DNA from: a bacterium
GTDB lineage: Bacteria > Bacillota > Negativicutes > Veillonellales > Megasphaeraceae
Length of the DNA stretch: 64,000 nucleotides
Assembly: GCA_963655305.1 (NCBI GenBank)
Contig: CAVKEA010000002.1
Span: forward strand, 18,894 to 82,893
Direction of reading: 5' to 3'
Position 1 is the first letter of the stretch. Each line of letters starts with the position of its first letter. The translations under genes and the position numbers were made by a program. The notes beneath the pieces are model-generated. The model saw only the letters and a list, made by a program, of their open reading frames with translations, ran no database searches and was not told where the DNA came from. Below, one piece after another: positions 60,360 to 64,000 of this stretch.

Positions 60360-63278
60360 CTAACCGTGTATAACGTCGGTGTATTCCGGATATTCCCGCA
60401 GTCTGTCTACAGGAGCAAAGCCGACGGCACCTGTAAAGGTACCTTTCTCCCAATCGTTGCGGGTGGACCAGAACATTTCCGTAAAATCTGTTTCATTGCA
60501 TGCTGTAATCTGATATTCCTTGAGTTCTGGAATATACGTGCCTTCGGCGTTGACTTCAGCGGCAAATTCCGTCACGATGCGGACATATTGTGCCGGAGCC
60601 AGCGACGAAAGATCTATATAATTCGTTCCGTCTTTCAAAACGACTTTTAACGAATCTTTAACCGTTGCGCCGTCATCGGATACTTCGACGGTGGCTTTCA
60701 AGCCTGCCTGCAGCGGCAGTACGGTTTTGACTTTCATCTGTCTAAATTCCCAATATTTCTTTTCTGTCAGAAACTTCGGCGCGAAAATCGTCGGATGACG
60801 CCATTCTGTCGTATGCGTTCCTACAGTCAAAATATCACGGAAATCATACCAGGCAGCCAACGCACTGCATTTGGGCCCTTTTTTGTGGGGTTCTGCATAT
60901 ATCTGCGCGTTTTCTTTTTCCGTCAAGCCTGTTTTATAAAAACGGACTTGGCTGACACTGCCGGGAAGATGCGTAAAGTATTTAGGACGGTCGATTTCCG
61001 GAATGATATGCCCTATATAGGAATATCCCACAAAAATCGGCTCGCTGTCCCATTGGCGGAACGTGCATTCCGGCGCGATGCCGGATACATGGGCTACATT
61101 TTGGCCGTCGCACCAGGAATCGCCGCCCCGGCTTTTGTCAAAGGCCATGCTGTAGTGCGTCCACTTGCCAATATTGGCATGACCGCCCTGCCAGGAATAT
61201 TCTGTAATATCGTGGCATGTCCCCCATTTAAGGCCGCCGGCCCGTTCAATGACCATGCGCAGGAAATACGTAGCGCCCCAGCCTACGGACTTGCCGCGGA
61301 CCATCAAGGGATTGTGTCCCATTTCATTGGGTTTCGCCAGTCTGTCTACGTTGGCCCAAACCATGGAGGTAAAGCCTTTATCGACATTAAAGTCTGTACT
61401 TGCCGGAATTTCGATATAGTCACCGTAGTGTTCAAAATGAACTTCTGCTCTGTCTTTGCTGACGATGACTTTTGGCGTGCCCCTCAAGAGAGCATAATGG
61501 CCGTTCCCCGATTTATCATGAATGCGGGGAACAATGCGAATGCCGCCTTCAATTTGAATTTCTTTGGGAAGCTGGTCGGCAATGCTGACTTGATAGCTGC
61601 CGCCTTGTTTAAACTTATATTGAAATTCGATGGATTTTTTTTCATGGCCCCGGAAAAAGAGATTTTTTGATTCGGCTACGCGTTGGTCAATATACAGCGG
61701 CACCGTTACAAATATTTCTTTATCCAGATTGTTGGTCGCTACGATGCTGGCAACCAAACTGTCTGACGCAGTGCCTTTGCCCGGAAAAATTTTCATGTGC
61801 GCAAAGGTCAGCTGTTCCGGTTCAAATACGGTAATATGCAGCATTTCGCCATGTACTGTAATGTCGTGTTCCCCTTGAGAAGCGGCTTTGTAGAACGCCG
61901 TCACTTTGGCTTCTTCCCCTGCTTCCAAGAGAACGAGATGATTATTTTCTTCTGTCCCGAACAAGCTGATTTCGTGCATCGTCCGGTTATCTTTGAGCTG
62001 GATGACAGCTGTTGCCGGGCAGGTGCCGATATTCTTGACGCGGCAGTTGATTTCTATATTGCCGTTGTTGTCCAGACGGCGCAGCAGGACTTCGTCTACA
62101 CTGAGTTTCGGTTCGTCATGATTCATATGAATCGTATCGACGAGCCGATCTTCACCGTCTTCGCTGAATCCATAGGTTTTATATTCCAATGTATCCTGCG
62201 TAACTTCCAAGATACTGTAATTGCTGTGACCAATAGCAGCTACTTCCGGAAAATCGCTCAGCAGCCGTTTGTCTTCCTGAATTTTTTCCAACGAAGCTTC
62301 CGGCTCCTGCGTGCTGCCTTGGCAGACACACATCATCTTGGCCCCTTTGCGGCAGTCAATAGACGTCGCTTTGATATAGTAATGCAAGTGGCCGCCGATG
62401 AGTAAATCGACGCCGCAGCGTTCGGCAATCGGTACCAGGTATTTATTATTAAAAATATCAGTATACGGATGATGTACGATGACAATACGCCATGACGCCT
62501 GCTTCGCTGCTTCACTTTGCAAATCGGCTTCAATCCACTGCAGCGTTTGTTCAATGCGCTGCTTCGTTTCTTTATCTGCCGTCAACCCGGAGTTGACAGC
62601 ATTCATTTCAAACAAGCCCCATGGGTTGCTGTCTGCCATGACAATATGGGCAGCCCCATAATCAAAGGAAAAGGCTGCGCCGTTTTCCATACCATGAACG
62701 ACATTTGCCTGCGGCTGTGTAAAAAAGGACTGGAAAAACGGGCCGTCGTCATGATTGCCCGGTACATAGTACACACCGGTCTTTCGCAGTACGTCAGGAA
62801 TTTTCTGAAACCAGTTGGCTTCATACTGTTCACGCTGATACCCCGTGCCGAACGAAATATCGCCGCCATGAAGAATCAAGTCCGGTTTTTCCCGTTCTAC
62901 CATACGTGAAAATTGTTTTTCTGTATGGAATAAATGGGAATCAGAAATCGTGACCATCCGTACAGTATCCGGATGTGCCGGAAGGGTGGCGAATCTGTCC
63001 GAAACCAACAGATTCGCGCCTTCATACACTGCATAGTCATAGATAGTGTCTGCAGCCAATGCCGGCAGCGCTGCCGTATACAGGCAGCATCCTTCCGGAT
63101 ACTCGCGGCATGGCAGTTCTCTTGCACACGTTGGAGTTATTTTTTTTACATTCGCTTTTTCTGTACCGTATGAAACAGAGAAGATACCTTCTTCTGCTGC
63201 TTCCCAGGCGATAGTAACGCGCGAAGCTGTGAGTCCCAGTAAATAAGGACCGTTTAAAATTTGCTTCTTTGTTTTCAT
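60360..63278 (-). CDS. Large metallophosphoesterase (purple-acid-phosphatase-like N-terminus) fused to a LamG/concanavalin-like domain and additional beta-rich domains
   Basis: The calcineurin-like motifs appear in order: SDSH, GGDIS, GNHD, VHHP, GGHLH. A LamG-like region follows (GDYIEIP...FTSMVWAN...WTHYSMAF). No N-terminal hydrophobic signal is seen. Confidence 0.75.
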   Translation of the reverse strand: MKTKKQILNGPYLLGLTASRVTIAWEAAEEGIFSVSYGTEKANVKKITPTCARELPCREYPEGCCLYTAALPALAADTIYDYAVYEGANLLVSDRFATLPAHPDTVRMVTISDSHLFHTEKQFSRMVEREKPDLILHGGDISFGTGYQREQYEANWFQKIPDVLRKTGVYYVPGNHDDGPFFQSFFTQPQANVVHGMENGAAFSFDYGAAHIVMADSNPWGLFEMNAVNSGLTADKETKQRIEQTLQWIEADLQSEAAKQASWRIVIVHHPYTDIFNNKYLVPIAERCGVDLLIGGHLHYYIKATSIDCRKGAKMMCVCQGSTQEPEASLEKIQEDKRLLSDFPEVAAIGHSNYSILEVTQDTLEYKTYGFSEDGEDRLVDTIHMNHDEPKLSVDEVLLRRLDNNGNIEINCRVKNIGTCPATAVIQLKDNRTMHEISLFGTEENNHLVLLEAGEEAKVTAFYKAASQGEHDITVHGEMLHITVFEPEQLTFAHMKIFPGKGTASDSLVASIVATNNLDKEIFVTVPLYIDQRVAESKNLFFRGHEKKSIEFQYKFKQGGSYQVSIADQLPKEIQIEGGIRIVPRIHDKSGNGHYALLRGTPKVIVSKDRAEVHFEHYGDYIEIPASTDFNVDKGFTSMVWANVDRLAKPNEMGHNPLMVRGKSVGWGATYFLRMVIERAGGLKWGTCHDITEYSWQGGHANIGKWTHYSMAFDKSRGGDSWCDGQNVAHVSGIAPECTFRQWDSEPIFVGYSYIGHIIPEIDRPKYFTHLPGSVSQVRFYKTGLTEKENAQIYAEPHKKGPKCSALAAWYDFRDILTVGTHTTEWRHPTIFAPKFLTEKKYWEFRQMKVKTVLPLQAGLKATVEVSDDGATVKDSLKVVLKDGTNYIDLSSLAPAQYVRIVTEFAAEVNAEGTYIPELKEYQITACNETDFTEMFWSTRNDWEKGTFTGAVGFAPVDRLREYPEYTDVIHG

Positions 63279-63334
63279 TGTTTTCCTCCGTTACGAAGAG
63301 AAGCAGCACACTATCCGTATAAGGCAGCTAATGC

Positions 63335-64000
63335 TTACGCTGCTTCTTCGTTTTCTTCTTTATGTTTCTTTGCCCACAATGTCGGGATAATCAACGCTGT
63401 CATAATAGCAACAGAGCCAATCCAGAACATCATGATGGTTTCAAAATGATATACAGTCACACCGTTGGTAACAACTTTTGCAGAATCCATGAGGAACCCA
63501 TTGACAATATCCTGCAGGGCTGCGCCGCCGTATGCCGTAAGGCCGATAACGCCCATGGCTGCGCCTGTTGCTTTTCTCGGGCAGAGGTCAACAGCCAAAA
63601 GACCGCCTACAAAGCAAAGGATAACGCCAAGGCCAAAGCCAAAGATAGCTACGAAAGCAGCTGCGACTGTCGGTGAGCCAGCCGGTACGAAGCAAACACC
63701 AGCAATACCGATGAGCATTACAATACCGAAGACAATCGTAGTAACAGAATGATGCGATTTAAAAATCTTATCAGAAATAAAACCGGATAAGAAAGAACCT
63801 ACGCCGCCGAGAATCGGGGACAATGCCATGATACTGCCGGCTGTCACGAGGTCGAGGCCTTTAGCTTCCTGCAGGAAGATGACGCCCCAGCTGGAAATAG
63901 AGTAACGGGAAATACCTAAGCAGATAGCTGCTAATGACAAGAGCCATACATACGGGTTTTTCAAAACGAGCATCTGAGCTTCTTTGGAAGATACTTTTTG
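63335..64000 (-). CDS. MFS transporter, organophosphate:Pi antiporter (OPA; GlpT/UhpC-like) family, C-terminal half (the N-terminus lies beyond the window end)
   Basis: The frame is open to the window edge. The block VLKNPYVWLLSLAAICLGISRYSISSWGVIFLQE...GFISDKIF resembles the second half of GlpT/UhpT-type transporters. Confidence 0.7.
   Translation of the reverse strand, partial: QKVSSKEAQMLVLKNPYVWLLSLAAICLGISRYSISSWGVIFLQEAKGLDLVTAGSIMALSPILGGVGSFLSGFISDKIFKSHHSVTTIVFGIVMLIGIAGVCFVPAGSPTVAAAFVAIFGFGLGVILCFVGGLLAVDLCPRKATGAAMGVIGLTAYGGAALQDIVNGFLMDSAKVVTNGVTVYHFETIMMFWIGSVAIMTALIIPTLWAKKHKEENEEAA

Overview
This 64-kb window comes from a diderm Firmicute. The closest fit is a Megasphaera-like member of the Veillonellaceae (Negativicutes). 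The Pct protein closely resembles my recollection of Megasphaera elsdenii propionate CoA-transferase, and an outer-membrane porin-like gene is present.

Layout:
1. 1-17.3 kb, minus strand: the core translation/transcription block rpoB-rpoC-L7Ae-rpsL-rpsG-fusA-tuf and the start of the S10 operon (rpsJ to rplP).
2. 17.5-27.4 kb: housekeeping and metabolic genes (tyrS, nhaA, class 3 FBPase, gdhA) and a small operon of C-N hydrolase, AEC transporter and M20 amidohydrolase.
3. 27.4-31.0 kb: a visibly AT-rich island. It holds five small signal-peptide or membrane-anchored proteins of unknown function, an A8 slippery tract that joins two reading frames, and a transposase remnant.
4. 31.1-35.6 kb: ybaK, family 4 UDG, tRNA-Gly(CCC), an alpha/beta hydrolase and a DUF554 membrane protein.
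5. 35.7-41.4 kb: pyruvate:ferredoxin oxidoreductase, with a divergent LysR regulator and a PanE-like reductase.
6. 41.6-46.3 kb: a LysR / GntP permease / CoA-transferase / MaoC dehydratase module.
7. 47.4-54.8 kb: an acrylate-pathway operon, pct, a tandem-duplicated epimerase-like gene, lcdC, lcdA, lcdB and an acyl-CoA dehydrogenase.
8. 55.0-64.0 kb: an Rpn-like nuclease gene followed by a five-gene minus-strand operon. It encodes two secreted PTP-like (cysteine) phytases (one tandem), a porin-like outer-membrane protein, a 972-aa metallophosphoesterase-LamG protein and an OPA-family MFS antiporter.

No rRNA, CRISPR array or intact mobile element was seen. The most promising leads for new biology are:
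- the multi-compartment phytate / inositol-phosphate locus;
- the tandem VOC/epimerase gene inside the lactoyl-CoA dehydratase operon;
- the 3-hydroxyacid-like CoA-transferase module;
- the AT-rich island with a candidate -1 frameshift site.

All functional calls rest on reading the translated ORFs and motifs by eye. No database search was possible.
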